Part shown: positions 25,215 through 39,399 of the stretch, piece by piece | Layout: each line of letters opens with the position of its first letter | How positions within the stretch are numbered: position 1 is the stretch's first letter | Assembly (NCBI GenBank): GCA_973895155.1 | Contig: OZ316891.1 | Span: 11,285,875-11,349,874 of the forward strand | Reading direction: 5' to 3' | Source: Marsupella aquatica | Taxonomy: Eukaryota > Plantae > Marchantiophyta | DNA length: 64,000 nt | The notes under the pieces: model-generated | Databases searched by the model: none | What the model saw: only the letters and a program-made list of their open reading frames with translations | Told to the model about the DNA's origin: nothing | Program-made: the position numbers and the translations under genes

Positions 25215-28200
25215 CTAAATAGCAGCAACTTAACGACAACTTTGAGTGGGGTGTGTGTAAAAATGGTTTGAACTCCATCTGGCAGGATCTGAGCCATGGA
25301 TGATGCCACAACTGGAGGCTGAATTCCAAGTGACTGAGGTGTTGTGTACTAGATGTTCTGGCCGCCTATTAATGCACATTATTTGTCATTAATTTGCCGG
25401 TTTCTTCATGCACATTATCCGTGGCAATACCTATAGTAGTATGGTTGAAAGAATTTGAGGAATCTTGTGGAACTGCACAATTAAATTTGGTGTCAGCATA
25501 GTACTTGACGATATGATTATGTGATACTTTTACCCTAGAGTATTATAGATTGAATGAAAAATGAATGAATTGTATAGCAAAGGAAAAACGCCACTCTATG
25601 CTCAAGAATTTTTTAGATTTAATGCCTCCCAGCCTATTTTTAATAACTGCAATGAAAACTTAGTTACACAATAAATGTAAATAAATATTTTTTGATAATT
25701 AAAAATTAAGGATAAAATTAAATTAACAATTTGATGCCTTGTAAATTTATGATATATCATAGGATGATATAACAAGGCTTGCTTAGACCAAAATTAATCT
25801 GTTGTTGAAAAATTGTAAGTTTCTGAAAATGCCAATTGATAGAATGTAAATACTTAGAACCCATTGGGATCGAGACAAAAAAAGGGGCTATTAATGGCCA
25901 GCCTCTTTCATATGCAATGTGCGATTCAAAATTAACACTAACACAAAAAAAATTGCAAAGGAGTCTTGCATGCTTCTGACATCCTTAGAGGCCTAGGGTT
26001 GTCATTTGGCCTATAGAGAGCTAAGAGACATGCCTCTACACTCCTCATTTCATACAACATATTAATGCATAATTTATGCTAAAGGTTTGAACTAAAGTGT
26101 GAAGTGTCTTAGATCTACTGACAACAAGAGTTCCAAAATAGGCCTAAATATTGACCCCAATTTCCAAAGTTTTCCTTCATCTATGACTAGCTCAAGTCAG
26201 AGTTATCTTTTCCTTTTGTTCAGTTAATTTCTTGGTCTTTCAACAAGGTTACACATGATATATGGATGCAACATATTCCAATTCACTAATTCACTACTTC
26301 TCATCTTCCCGGGCCGTCTACCTAAAGCCAACCAGGAGATGTCTTGAAACACACCTCAATGGCCTATATGTTGCAAAATTAAAGTACTTAGTCCATGTGT
26401 GTGCTACCTTGGTATTTATTGTTATTATATGTTATCAAAAATAAATATCAACAAATATGTGCTAAAACTTGGTGGTCATTCCCGTGGAAGAAGAAAGTAT
26501 GATGAAATTAATGGTTTAACAAGTTTTGAGTGGCTTAAAGATGGAACTCACATCTATAAATAAAATCAGCAATCAACAAGCCATGCAGCATGTTCCATGG
26601 AAAAAATATGACTCTCAAAGTCCATCTAGCAAGTTGCCATCAATTCCAGTAACACTAAGAAGGGTGATAAGCAATTGCTGATCTTTTTTGGCCATGGGAC
26701 ATTAACAGTCCACACAACTTAAAGAACTTTTCTAATCCCTAGCTCTTGAGGTTGTCTGCCCACAAATAGTGCCTCCTTGCCTAGTTAGCTTACAATAGTG
26801 CTTATAGATTGCAATTTCCAGCCATGCACTCTTTAGTTGCTGAAAATAGGGATTGAGAGTCAAATGAAAATAATACAGTCATGTGGATGTGTGTTTAATG
26901 TGATGCCATGACCTCTACCTTCATGTTGCCAATGAAGACCTCTCAAATGAATTAGAGAGGCCCTTAATTTGCCACATCTTGTAAGACCTATAGCAAAATG
27001 AAACAAAATTGCCACAACATGATAAGGGTCAAAGTGGAAGCTCAACCTTGCTATAGTGCTTCATGTCTACTGATGAAGGATGATACATGCAGGTAACTAC
27101 ATTTTCTTAGTTTAGGTGTGCAGTTTTTTCCTAAACTGCTAGCAACAAGTTTCTTTTGGTTCCCTGGAAACTTTCCAGAAGGACAAGAACTTTCCCCCCC
27201 CCCCCCCTCTTAATATTTTCATTAACTTTTCAAGAACCCCCTTCAAATCATTTATTTTTCAATCTTGCCGCTCATTTGTTAGTATGTGTTGATTTATCCT
27301 TATATTCAAGTTATACTAAATTGATTATCATGCATTATACATACCCTATGCTGTATATTCTCAAGAGACCCATTTGTGGCAAAGAGGACCAGTTTTGTAA
27401 ACTTACAATTGACTGTTGAGTGCTTGAAGATCAGTAGTCACTCGTAGCTAAACTTCATCTCATATATTTGGGTTAGTCCAATCCATTTCCATTTATCTAC
27501 ATGCTACATTTTCAAATTGAAATGGGACTACCACCGAGCCATCATGTGCAAATACATTAGTTATTATTGAAGGTTTGGGCCAGGCTACTAAATAAAATAT
27601 TTTGGAGTTAAGGTAAAACCAGTGGAAGCCTGGATAGAGCTTAAGAACCTTGGGTCTCTAATGGATGAAGCTCTGCTGACACTAACGAGATTCAACAGAA
27701 ATACGCAAGGAACTACAGAATGGGTCTATGGATGACATAAAGAGATGCAGAAAGTTTACTTGGGATGAATTTGATGGAGCTTTACATGATCGAGTATGAG
27801 GCAAAAGCAGGCTGGAGGTTTAAGAGGCTACAAAGGCATTATTTTGATATAGATGGTTCTATGGGTATTCCTAAAGGTCTTCTAATGTAATGTGTCCAGG
27901 TCATGTTCGTGTAATTGGAACCTGTTGGACAAGAATTCTTAAAAACATTGAACCCAGTTGGAGTGGTGGTGGGGAAGACTATTCTTGCATTCATTGCATA
28001 GGATACCCTCCATTGCAAAAAAATACATCCAACATCCAACTTACAAAATGTGCAAAATATTCATATACCAAACTCAACATATGTGTAAGTAACAGTGCGG
28101 AAGTTCTCCACATACTCAACGCATAGTCTGACAAACCATTCCAACAACCCATAGCAAGTATTTATTGAGGGCAAAACTCAGTAGTTTCTCATGACATGAG

Positions 28201-28425
28201 AACACAAATGTAAAGTAAGATGTTTTTTGTCCAAAATTAAACCCTAATCCTCCATACCCCGTCCATTGAGATCACCAACACTCAGCAAAATCATATATAT
28301 AGATCATCTACATCATAAAGAAGTAAAAGTCAGATGGATGGTGTATATAGTGTCTTATCCATGCAATGCCAAATGTTATTACTCATGCCAGGAATGATGT
28401 AACCACCCAATGTAGAAACCAGAAT

Positions 28426-31400
28426 CACTACAACATATTTGACACTTTTGCGAAGGTATTTTTGTCGACGCTCTTGTATTTCCGATGGGCGGCGCTTTGC
28501 ATAATTTGCGAATCAACCCGCATCGCAATTTGCGATTCTATCCCTATCGCAAATATAATACTTGAAGCGCATTATATCGCTAATACGTTGCGAAGTAAGT
28601 GGTTTTGCAAGTTTTACCAAAATGCGCCGAATGGAAAGGCGCCTTCTGAAGACGGGAAAATCGCTCGCCGACTCCGAAACTAACTCATGTAAATGTTTGC
28701 GAAGAAGGTTGGATTGAAAATGTTTTGCGATAGTAGTTGTTTGACAAGTTTAAGAATGTCGGAGGATGGAAGATTTGCGAAACGGTGAGAATATGAAATT
28801 TGTGATTTATTTTGCATCACAAGTTTGCGAAGAGTATAGTATGGAAATATTGAGAAACGAGAAGCTTCATAGAAATTGCGAGTCCGGTGAGAGTTTGTGA
28901 GCTTCGCAAATTGTTCGTAAACTAAAAATTAAGATTATTGTGAGGTGAGACAATGAAGAGGGTGGATGGTCCAATATATGGATGGGGCAGGAGGGAAGAG
29001 GAAGGGAGGATGGAGGGAGGTACAATGAAGGATGGAAAAGGGAGGGAGTACAATGGAAGAGGAAGGAGGGAGGAGAAAGAGGAAGGGAGGAGGAGGGACA
29101 GACATACCACGGAGGAGGGAAACACGAGGGTGAGAATGAAAATTATGGAATAAGTAGGAAATAAAGTTATATTGAGCAACAGAGGTTAGATAGAAAGTTG
29201 CATGTAAAATTCACAAGTGATCACAATAAAAGAATACAATACATATGTCATGAGTATGACTCATTCAAAAGTGAATGGTAAATATAAATATAGACAATAC
29301 TTTTTTTTATATCACCAAACATGAACAAATCAAATATAACATGAACAAATGTCTAGGCTGGACCCAAGTGCATATAAATATGTCCCTCACACTTGGTCCT
29401 CATCGGCCTCAAGGTCATCTAGGTCTGATACAATAACATCTGGCTTCTCAGAAACAATGGAACGAGAACGTGGCACATAGGTGATGACAATTGACCACTC
29501 GGTGTCTAAGGGGTATGGAATGTAGAAACATTGCTCCAAGTGTGATGGGAAAGCAAATGGTTCTGACGTTTGCCAATGACATGCTTGAACACTAGTGGCA
29601 CTTGTCTTCAACCGTGTAAACCCACTCTCATCTTGAAGTACAGTGCAATTTTGACCAACAAGGTTCACTTTGAACCACTTGCACTTGAAGACATATTCCT
29701 AAAACTTTGAATGGTTGTCATATGATACCACCAAGATCTCCTCTATCTTCCCATAGTGTGGCACAACATCTCTAACAATGTTCCTGTCATGGCGGCTGCT
29801 TCTGGAGTCTTGAGAAAATTCCCCTTGAACTCCACAATCAAAAGTACGACCCCTCTTCTCATCAAGGGAAGAAACCCTGAAATTAACAAAACCCATAAAT
29901 TTTTATTACACAAAAGATACCATTAATGTAATAATCATCAAAATATGACACCCATCCTTAAATAGCCAAAACCCACATGGCCTATGGCATAAATATAGAA
30001 GCCAACATTACAGTTATGGATGTCATTAATGATAATAGAAAGTTTTTAAACAATAGAAATAACTAATCAAAATAAGGTCTACATGAATTAATAGAGGAAG
30101 AAAGGTTAGGTACTAGTGGACCTGAAGTGTCTCCCTTGTGTCCACATAGCTGTCTTGGATGTCACCACTCTCAAAGGGCCATGAACAATGGTCCGAATGT
30201 CATCTGTGATGGTAGGAAAGTGGGACACATCTCCTCCTTGTGTCACCATGTCATCCAACTCAAGCAACTTTTGCTTCATATACTCATGCATCTTTAGGAA
30301 AAATTCTTGCTCTTTGACTTGTTCTCTTGGCATTCTCATGAAACTCTCTCCATTTCTCCATGATATTACTATTACTCAACATAAATGTTATCAACTGTGA
30401 CCACTCTGTTGATGTCAATATGCGTGTTTTTGTGGCACCTGTTAAACGGTCCTCCTCCTCTTCTCTTTCCTCCATCCAAGTACGTGGACAAGTAGGATCA
30501 ATGGTGGCCAAGATGTTACTACAATAAAACATACTCTTTGCTACCAAGTATCTTGTAGCTATGCTTCCCTCCACCCATGCACGGTTACGTACATAAGCCT
30601 TCAACACCGCCATGTAACGCTCAAGCCAATACATCCATCTACAATGCACTGGATCTGCAATGGCAACCTCCCGCACAAGATGCACAAGTAAATGAACCTG
30701 ACAATCAAAGAAGGAAGGAGGAAGGGCTTTCTCCAACTTGCATACCACCTCAGCTGCCAATACCTCCATCCCAGGGATCTCTTCTATATATATATCTCCT
30801 TTGAGCATATCCATCTCAACAAACGACCCAATGACCAGATGGCATCTTGCACTTCTTCACTCCCTATACCTATAATTGCCACTGGCAATATATGTTGCAA
30901 TAGGCGATGATAGTCATGTGTCTTCAGATATCGTGGCCACTTGTGATTGTCCTCCATCCCAAAAGCTTTTCGAAGGTTGGCACCATAGCCTGTAAGAAAC
31001 CGCATCTCTCCTATACGGTTCCAAAATTCACGTCTTTGGCCAACACTCAACACCCAAGGAGTAGAAGGATGATTCTCCACACATGTGATAGGATCAGTTG
31101 TCACCCAAACATCTAGATGCATTTCCATCTCCTCGCATGCCTCCCTAAAATTAGTGTCCTTCTCCCCATAAAAATGCTTTATCAAAGCCTTCCCCACATT
31201 TCCCTCTATGTGCATGGGGTCTAAAAGATGGCGGATCTTCAACTCAGACCAATAGGGCAAAGTGGCTAGTATACTCCACCTGGTCAAACCTGTCCTATCA
31301 AAGGTGAAGGAATCATTTGAATCTGCCACCCTATCAGCTAGTGACTTCCAATGTGCAAAACTTGTTGCATCAGGAATTTCACACTCATCACCAAATGGCA

Positions 31401-31830
31401 TGTCAAAGGAGGAGAATAGAAGTGGGTCAAACCTCATCTCATGCCCCATGGGAAGAAACTTTGTATGCCCAATATAAACAATCTTTCTAATCCATGAACA
31501 ATATGTGGCCATGTCCTCTAAGCTTGGGCCACAAGTAGAGCAAGCTTTGTACCCCTGAGTTTGCAATCCAGAGACAAAACCAAACCCTGCTTACATAGAA
31601 GAAATCAAACCATGCAAACTTTATGTTAGGGTTGTCACATGAGAAACAACAATAGGAACTACACATTATTGAAGGGTTGCAAATGGCATGGAAGTCATCT
31701 TACCAGGATAGTCATGCATTGTCCAACAAATGATCCCTCTCAATTAAAAGACATGTGGAAAACCTCCTGTAATTTTCCTGCCATCATATGCCCACACTCC
31801 ATTCCATAATTTTTGAAGTTCTCCAACCTC
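28426..31830 (-). mobile_element. Truncated CACTA element (CACTACAACA terminus)
   Basis: CACTACAACA at 28426 followed by TTGCGAA/TTCGCAA subterminal motifs to ~28915, a purine-rich tract at 28950-29150, and a TnpD remnant. Confidence 0.85.
29387..31830 (-). pseudogene. TnpD: 5'-truncated, frameshifted CACTA TnpD transposase
   Basis: ELQKLWNGV...WTMHDYPG (~31830-31705), intron, then GYKACSTCG, LPYW..RHLLDPMHIEGN, LKTHDYH, LPPSFFDCQVHLLVHL, RWMYWLER, EPFAFPSHLEQCFY. Split over several frames with stops. Confidence 0.9.
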
Positions 31831-32742
31831 ATGAATAAGGGTCCATGACTGGGTCAATGACTCTCGAATAAACCCTATATATTGGCTGTTGGAAGGTGAT
31901 CGACAGAGTGATCGACAGACAGCTTCATATTTGCGTGATGAAATTGCATTTTGAGAAACTGTATTGAGAAGTCATTTTACATCTTCCATTGTGGATGGGG
32001 TCAAATCTTATCGAGGGAAATTTATGTATGCAAGTCTTTCGGTTCTCCTGTGAAAATCAGAATATGCCTGTGCAACCGTCATGTACTGACTGGATTAATA
32101 ATGTACAATTATACTCATTTGGGGATTGTGGATTCTTTCTTCAATACTTTTGGGCTCATGGCCGTTTCTTTTTGTCAAGACAGTTCACACATCACCGATC
32201 ACTCATCACAGGTTAATACCACACACGATTCAACTAGATAATGACAGCTTCTTGTCCCAATGTTTGATTAGTTTACTGAATGATTTCTGCCAACAAGTCC
32301 AGGGGCCTTCTTGGCAATTATCCATTGGAATTTTGGGTTTAAAAACAGGTGTAAGCTACAGGAATACTTTAACTAGAGGACATGGCCCTTGAGAGTCAAT
32401 CGCCTACTTAAACATTCCCAATAAAATAAAAACAAAAATCCCCCCCAGAACAAGCTGGGCAACACACGGAATCAGACAAGTGTTCAAAGCTTATTAGACC
32501 TATGGAGTCCTTGGATGCATTGCCTACACGCAACGATAGTTTTGAAGTTTTTTTATTAGACATGATCCCAAAACTTTTTGTTGATAACTACACAAAATAA
32601 TGTGAGACCAAATTCGCCTGGAAGCTCATGATGGCTTTGATTCATCACTTGAGACCGATCCAATGAGTAATCTGTGACATTGATCTGATCTTGTTCTTCC
32701 CCATGGATCACATTTTAGAATCACTAATCAATCGAAGTCAAT

Positions 32743-33029
32743 CTCGGGGGGTTGACTATCAAAAATCTTAGGAACCACGTGCGATCCAAAATAGGTATTT
32801 TTGATAGAAATTAACTAAATTTTTTAAAAGCGTAGGAGGCAAAAGAAGGTATTATAAACTCATGTTTATAGAATATTCTCTAATATATACTTTTTATAAA
32901 ATAAAATAGATTATTAATATTGAAAATGGAGAATATTCTTGGAATATTTTATTTATAAAATAGGTCTATTTATATTAGGCTAGGATCGCACGTGGTACCC
33001 CAAAATGTACACTTAGTTAACCCCCCGAG
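32743..33029. mobile_element. MITE, 287 bp, 8-bp TSD (hAT-like)
   Basis: TIR CTCGGGGGGTT / AACCCCCCGAG with internal inverted CCACGTGCGATCC / GGATCGCACGTGG. AT-rich core. TSD AAGTCAAT at 32735-32742 and 33030-33037. Confidence 0.9.
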
Positions 33030-33349
33030 AAGTCAATGGCGTAAGTGGATACTTCTATCAGATGAAAGGGAAGGCTTCTCGAATTTCTGGCCAACGCTTC
33101 GAATTGTTTCAGAGTTGAGAAACCCTTTTCCGCAAGTATTTTTTGTTTCTATATTTTGTTAGTCCTTTCCAAACAGTATCACTTTTGTGCATACTTTATC
33201 TTCTTTGCTTCTTTGCTTCTCTTGAACTACTTGCGGGCCCGCTTGCGGAACTACTTGTCGATCAAGTTTGTCAACATCTTTTGAGCAATCTTTGAATTCA
33301 CTCTGTCTATTGGATTTAGCAAGTGAACACAAGCTACAATTCTCTGCAA

Positions 33350-36200
33350 AATATGGATGAGCCCGCAGAGTCTAGCTATTTACAGCAAAGGAACCTCGTG
33401 CCAGGATATGGTAGAACTCTGAGGACCCCTGCATCTCAAGTATCGGGTGCAGAGCATTCTCATTTGCAAGCCAATGATTCGTTATCACCTCCAATCCTTC
33501 CATTTCCATTCTCATATCATTAGTCTGGATACCGGTTTGATGGAGAATCTAGAGGTGGGTTGAATTCACGAAGACGACCACCAATGGTTGCAAGACCTGC
33601 GCCAGTGATCAGGAATAGATCACGTTATGACAAAGAGGTGGAGCGTGCTATACATGTCCCTCTCTTGATCTATGAGGCAGAACAAGTTGACACTGGCCAT
33701 CAAAGTTGTTGCATGAAGAAAGTGGCAAAATTGAGGCCAGATCCAATTCGCATTCAACTACCTGGATCTACACCTTGGGGCGGGGCCTATGATGGACGTC
33801 CATTTCCAGAGGGATCAGCGCAATTACACATTGCAAAAGTGGTGGCATCCCAAGAATGGTCAGACAGATGTTTCGCAAATGTACCTGGTTGTTTTCTTAC
33901 AAAGACACATGCAGGGCAACACAAAGATACAATGGACACGCTTGGTTGTGCATCATTAGATCCATTTTTCCAATCTGCAACTACAGAATGGAGGGACTTC
34001 CCACGAAATGCACGAGTGGTCTACATCCAGGATCCTACTCACCAGATGACCCCACAACAAATTAGCCACTACCATGTGGAAGCAGCGGCTAATACATTGC
34101 AACTAAGATTGTGCCTTCAAAAGGAGGCCGCAGATCTACTCGATAAGCAAATGGGCAAACAAATCAACGTACTGTTGCAAAAGGTAAGAAAGTTGCAAAC
34201 CTCTCATGTATTGTTTGAGTACAGCCCAGTATATAGTAGACTGATTGAAATTTGACAATGTAAGGTGCATCTTGTCGTTCAGATGATGCTTTGGAAACAG
34301 AGCATGAGCCAATTCAACGTGAGTCAGAACCTCTGGAGAGTCCATCACAATCTTGGAACTCTGATACACGAGCAGAGAGCTCAAATTGCTGTATTTCAAC
34401 ATCTCAATTGGAAACGTTGGATGGCACCTCAAACTGGTTGGATGGGAGGTCCAACTTGGCAGACTCAATAGAATTACTAACAGGTATATTGCTCACTCTG
34501 TATCTAGTATACAATGTAACATACTCTATATATTATCATTTTGTCAAGCCCGGCCAAGAAGTCTCAAACTAAACAGTACTTACGCCATTGTTTGATCGAT
34601 CAATAGAGTGGCCTCACTCACCAAGAAGACGGTTGGATTCAACCTCACTACCAACAAATGTGGGAAACCGTTCCAATCGGGTTCTTCAACTCCAACACAC
34701 TTGCAACTTCTCGTCACCTTCCAGTATTTCAAGTGAGTTCTTAAGATGCCCAACACTTGTTAGTTGCCCTCACTGATAAATCACAGTTGATCTTGATTTG
34801 AGACTTCACAGAGAATACTATGAGGGCGGCCTTGTCTACTAGAAAGGGCCCATGTTGTAGACTGTAAGAGACTTTCTCCTTTTGTATTGTTTGAGCTAAG
34901 TTTTGGTGATCATGAGATCCATAGGTACACCATCGACTTTACCATTACAAATCCATTTACAACAACCACCACCAGTTGGCCGCGAGGTGGGGCAAGCTAG
35001 AAATGGACAACCTTTTCCGCTGGTCCAAGAATCTTCAAGGTGCCAAAATGAAGTGCGCGATGGTGACTCTGTACAACATCCCTTTGTATTGGAACCCGAC
35101 AATCTGAGTCCAAGGCCGGAGGCATCACACAGAGGTATTATTAATTAGCCTTGATCAATGAACGTGCCTAAATATGCGCCTATCGGGTTGTCTTGTATGT
35201 GCATCTTCCCTTTGTAATGCGGCCCTTCAGAATGTGAGACTTTTGCAAAGATTGAGATTTGCTATAACAACTCAATCGTACCCTCTAATATGTGTTGAAA
35301 GCACCAAGGAGCCCGTGTCCGTGCTCTATCGTTACCTGTTGTATAGTATACAAGGAATTATGTAGGGGATTGAGGCTGTGAGGAATTTACTCTTTGCAAA
35401 TTGGCAATGCGCAATCCTGTGACCCTGCAAAGTGCCGCTTGATACACTTAGCCAAATGTAAAGGACATTCATGGCTGCATGCCAAAACTAAGCTGCCTAG
35501 AGAGACTTCTGATTTTGGCAACCAACGTGTTTGGCCTTTCTCGTCAAACCTCCAAATTTGGTGGTACCCAAAAAATCTTTTGACAACTTGTTGCAATTCT
35601 TCATGGCAAAATGTCATCTAGGTCACCGCCTAATGTAAACATACTCACACTTGTATTTGGGGTATAACTTTGAACAGGTCCACGGTACACCCCGGGTGGG
35701 GGACCACAACATTTTGTCGTTGAACCAATTGCTGAATTGGAAGACAATGCCATAGATTGGGGGAATGAAACAACCGCCTTGTTGGAAGCTTATTGTACAG
35801 CAAGAGAACGACTCTCGGAATTTGATAGAGGCATAATTTTGACTGTGGATTTGTCAACGGATGAAGCTGCAGAGGAGATGTTTTGGCAAAGCTTTGATGC
35901 TGTCTTACAAGAGGAACACAGTAAAATAGGTGGGAATGCTGGCCACCACATTGAATTCCTCCAACATCAAAGAGATGCTAAACTTGGACTAACACAGGCA
36001 ATGCTTGAGGATGAAGTTGCACCTATGTTGGATATGTTAGAAAGCTTGAGTACATATACCAAGTTTGATTTTGAGAAGTATTTTGGTGGAGGAGCAATTC
36101 CAAGATGGCAAGCTTGGGAACAACTACAAAAACTCACAAACGAGCTTGATCCCGAATCTGTTCGGGTTAATTTGGAGACATCATTGCAGATTTTCAGGTA
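33350..36200 (+). pseudogene. Coding-like exons of unknown function, possibly the N-terminal part of the HECT gene
   Basis: ORFs 33560..34255 and 35737..36336 have protein-like composition and GT donors (~34183, ~36198), on the same strand as the downstream HECT exons. Confidence 0.4.
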
Positions 36201-37432
36201 CAAACTACCTTCTCTATTATTGATCTTCCAGATGTTCAATTGCTTTTATGTCCATACTTATGATCATTTGGCTGGCCTGTCTGATCTAGTACTTTTGTCT
36301 GTCTTCATCATCGATCATTGGGGTGTTGGTTCATGAACTTAATTTCAATTTCTATAATTAACTTTGATTTTCTTGCATTCATCATGTCTTAATTCTATCA
36401 ACTGTTAAATTTTCTTGGATCCTAAATTTATGATCATAAAAGTAGGTTTTCTGAAATTATGATTTTCTGGCATTAGTGGTGGATTTTTTGGCCTTTCTGT
36501 TTCCCTGCCTTCATCAGCTTATTCAAATGCTTCTTTGTCATTGGTTTTGCAAGCTTTTAAATATTTGTAATGAATTTTTGTGACCTTTTGGTTTCGATAT
36601 CAGCTTATTCAAATGTTTGCTTGCTATTGCTTTTGATATAAAGCTTAATTTCTGTAGTGTATTTTTGTGACCTTTTGGTTTCTGTCTATCCATCGACTTA
36701 TTCCCATGTTTGTTTGCTATTGCTTTTGAAAGTTTATTTTTGTGGTATGCATTTTTTTAAGTTGTTCACGGGGATTCTCTTTAATGTTGAACTTTTGATT
36801 TCCTCATCAACTTATTATATATGTAACTTGCTACTCATTCTGAATGCTTTTCCTCCTAAGTATAGTTTATTAATTATCAAAAGCTTCATCTCATCTCCAT
36901 TGGATTCTCTTGCTATCAATCAGGCTACCAATTTGAAAGTTTACTTCTGAAATGAAATCATTCAACTTAAGCAGGGTCCATTCAGGGATTTGTTGATATG
37001 TAAGGATTCAGAGTTGGATTGCTTATGACAGGGATTGCCCAAACTCATTTGCCAAGGGCAAGTTTTCAGAAGCCCAGATCATCTCACTCCGAGAAGAATA
37101 TATTGACTGGATTGGAAAATGCCCTTCATCACCACTGCAAATAAACCGTGATGATTTGTACATAAAGGCCAAAAAAGAGACAGAAATTACAAAGCACTTG
37201 TTGAGAGTCCATCAGATCTCTGACAATGGACTGTTCCAATTTCGACGATTCCAACGGCAAGTACCACATATTCAGATTCAGGTAAGTCACAGTTTAGATA
37301 CGTTTTCATATTATAAATGGATAGACCTATATAGATTTACTTTTGTTGGTTTTGTTGACAGTGATATGGTTTTCACAAAGTAATGATGGATTGAGGTAAA
37401 CTAATTGTACACTTTTGTCATGGTATGTGTAG

Positions 37433-39399
37433 TTCTGCGATGGAGATGAATTGTCTGCAATTCGAAAGATGTGTCAAAATGCCATGAAGAAACAACAAAT
37501 ATTTGCTGACTTCTCAGCAAAACTGACCTATGTGACGCATGACGGTGAAGCGATATTGGATGAATCTGACACTATGGATGCCGGTGGTGTTACAACTCGG
37601 TTTCTTACAGGGGCTTGGAAAACTTTATTCAATGGTTCTTCAGTAAGTTGTCTTAGTGCAAAATTTTGAAGTTCATTAGCTCAATGATGGATTTATGACA
37701 TTATTTTACTCAATGATTAAGTATGAAATTACATCTGTTCATGTCACATGCATCATGGCTCAATTGCAGGAGTTCCATGAGGTTTTTAAGCAGGGTTCTT
37801 CCGGACTTCATCACCTTACATCTAAAAGACAATTTACAGAGATATCCAAAAAAGATGTGAGACTCTAGCACCTATTTTTTTTATCGATTACAGGGCCCCT
37901 TCCATAATGATTCACAGCTCCTAGACCATGGGCCCTCACTCTGTGTAAAAGAAGTGGACCCCCCTGCGATCGGGCCCTTTTCCTGTTTACCCCTTGTTAT
38001 TTCCATTTTACTATTAAAAGTTCCCTTATTACCGATAATAATTATAATTATTAGTTCAAAATGAATAAAATTACCCTTCAAGCGTTCGCACGTCCTCCAC
38101 GTATTAGTTAAGACTGAGGGCCCAGGGCTCCCAGAATCACTTAATTACTATTACCAATTTGACGTATGAGACTAGAAATTTTTTAATAGATAAAGTGCAT
38201 TGTGCCGTCATGTTGAACAATATAAGTAACTTTTTCTGCGACTTGTTTTGTAGGTGCGTGTGGTTGGTCAACTCATGTTTCTTCTTGTTTTAAAGAAACA
38301 ACAAGTACATCGTCCAATGACAATGGCAACTATTGCTCATGCAATGGGCATTTGTCCGTCAAAGGATGAAATTCACATGCAAGTGTTGCAACAAAAGTCA
38401 TCAATATATACAGAGGATTTTCGAGGATTTTGACCTACGTGGTACATAACATTCCCAATTTTTGATTTTTAGTATGTGATTTTGCATATTCTCTACTAAC
38501 TTATTATTTTCTGTAGAACTCTAAACACTATTAATTTCTAAATATGCCATCTATGAAAGGAAATGAGTTCATTCATTGGCATGTTTGCAATCCGAGGAGA
38601 ACACACTTTAGGTGGGTTATATACCTTGTTGATTTAGGTTTCTTTTGAGAAGATGAGGATAAATTGGAATCATTTGGGTTCAGCAAGCCTATGTGACAGT
38701 AGACTGACACAACACATATTATTGCAGGTACAATTTAATGCAATCCCTTATTACTGGTCCTCAAGACTCAAGGAGGAGTCTAGTTGAGAGCATGGAGGAG
38801 ATAATGCCTGAGTATTATTGTAGGATTATAAGTCTGGACCCCAACATGTCAAATGAAGGATTTCAAATGGCAGTGACATCACTATATGCAGACATGGTGT
38901 ATGACACATTATTTGGGGCTTGTGCCATAGTTGGTGCATTACTTCAAGAGGGTTTTTATTCTTTGGTGAAAACTGTTCTACTTTTTCGCTCGATGAGTGA
39001 AATTGAAAAGAAGATTGTATTGGAAAGTACATTTAAAGACGTCACAGTGAAGGCAATGAGAGCATTTTTTACTGCGCAACAAGGAATTACAAGTGGAGAG
39101 TTCTTGGCAAGGGTTAGATATTCCAGAGATTTCCCAACTACATTGAAGACTTTCTTTGAAGAAGCCGTGGGTCAATTTTCTCTTGTTGAAACTTACAGAT
39201 ATACAGGTTTATCACTGATGAGAAGTACGTTGGCAGTACAGTATGTCATATTGAGTTTAGTGCGCAACGCTCTGCAGTCTCTCTGCCAATTGCATCTACT
39301 TGTTCCAAGCATCTGTACATTCCTCCATATCCTAATGCAGATGTCATGCACGCAAAGTTGGTACTTGCAAGTTTCAACACTGCATATGGCAAAGCATAG
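37433..39399 (+). pseudogene. Divergent HECT-domain E3 ubiquitin ligase (frameshifted)
   Basis: DAGGVTTRF at 37577 (HECT N-lobe DAGGVxREF motif); exon ~38254 with VVGQLMFLL; ORF 38738; after a frameshift at ~39190, LQIYRFIT...LPIASTCSKHLYIPPYPNADVMHAKL...YGKA* (catalytic Cys codon 39301, stop 39397-39399). Confidence 0.8.
37929..38124. mobile_element. Small MITE-like insertion in a HECT gene intron
   Basis: TGGGCCCTCACTCT ... AGACTGAGGGCCCA inverted ends match 13/14. No clear TSD. Confidence 0.55.

Noticed and set aside
26450-27900. Possible decayed transposase or RT fragments
   Set aside because: Coding-like patches, but no motif I can assign with confidence.
1400-28435. CACTACAACA at 1400 and 28426 as the two ends of one 27-kb element
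   Set aside because: They are direct, not inverted, repeats, so they cannot be a TIR pair.
28922-29179. Short ORFs in the GA-rich tract
   Set aside because: Low-complexity purine tract in the CACTA 3' region.
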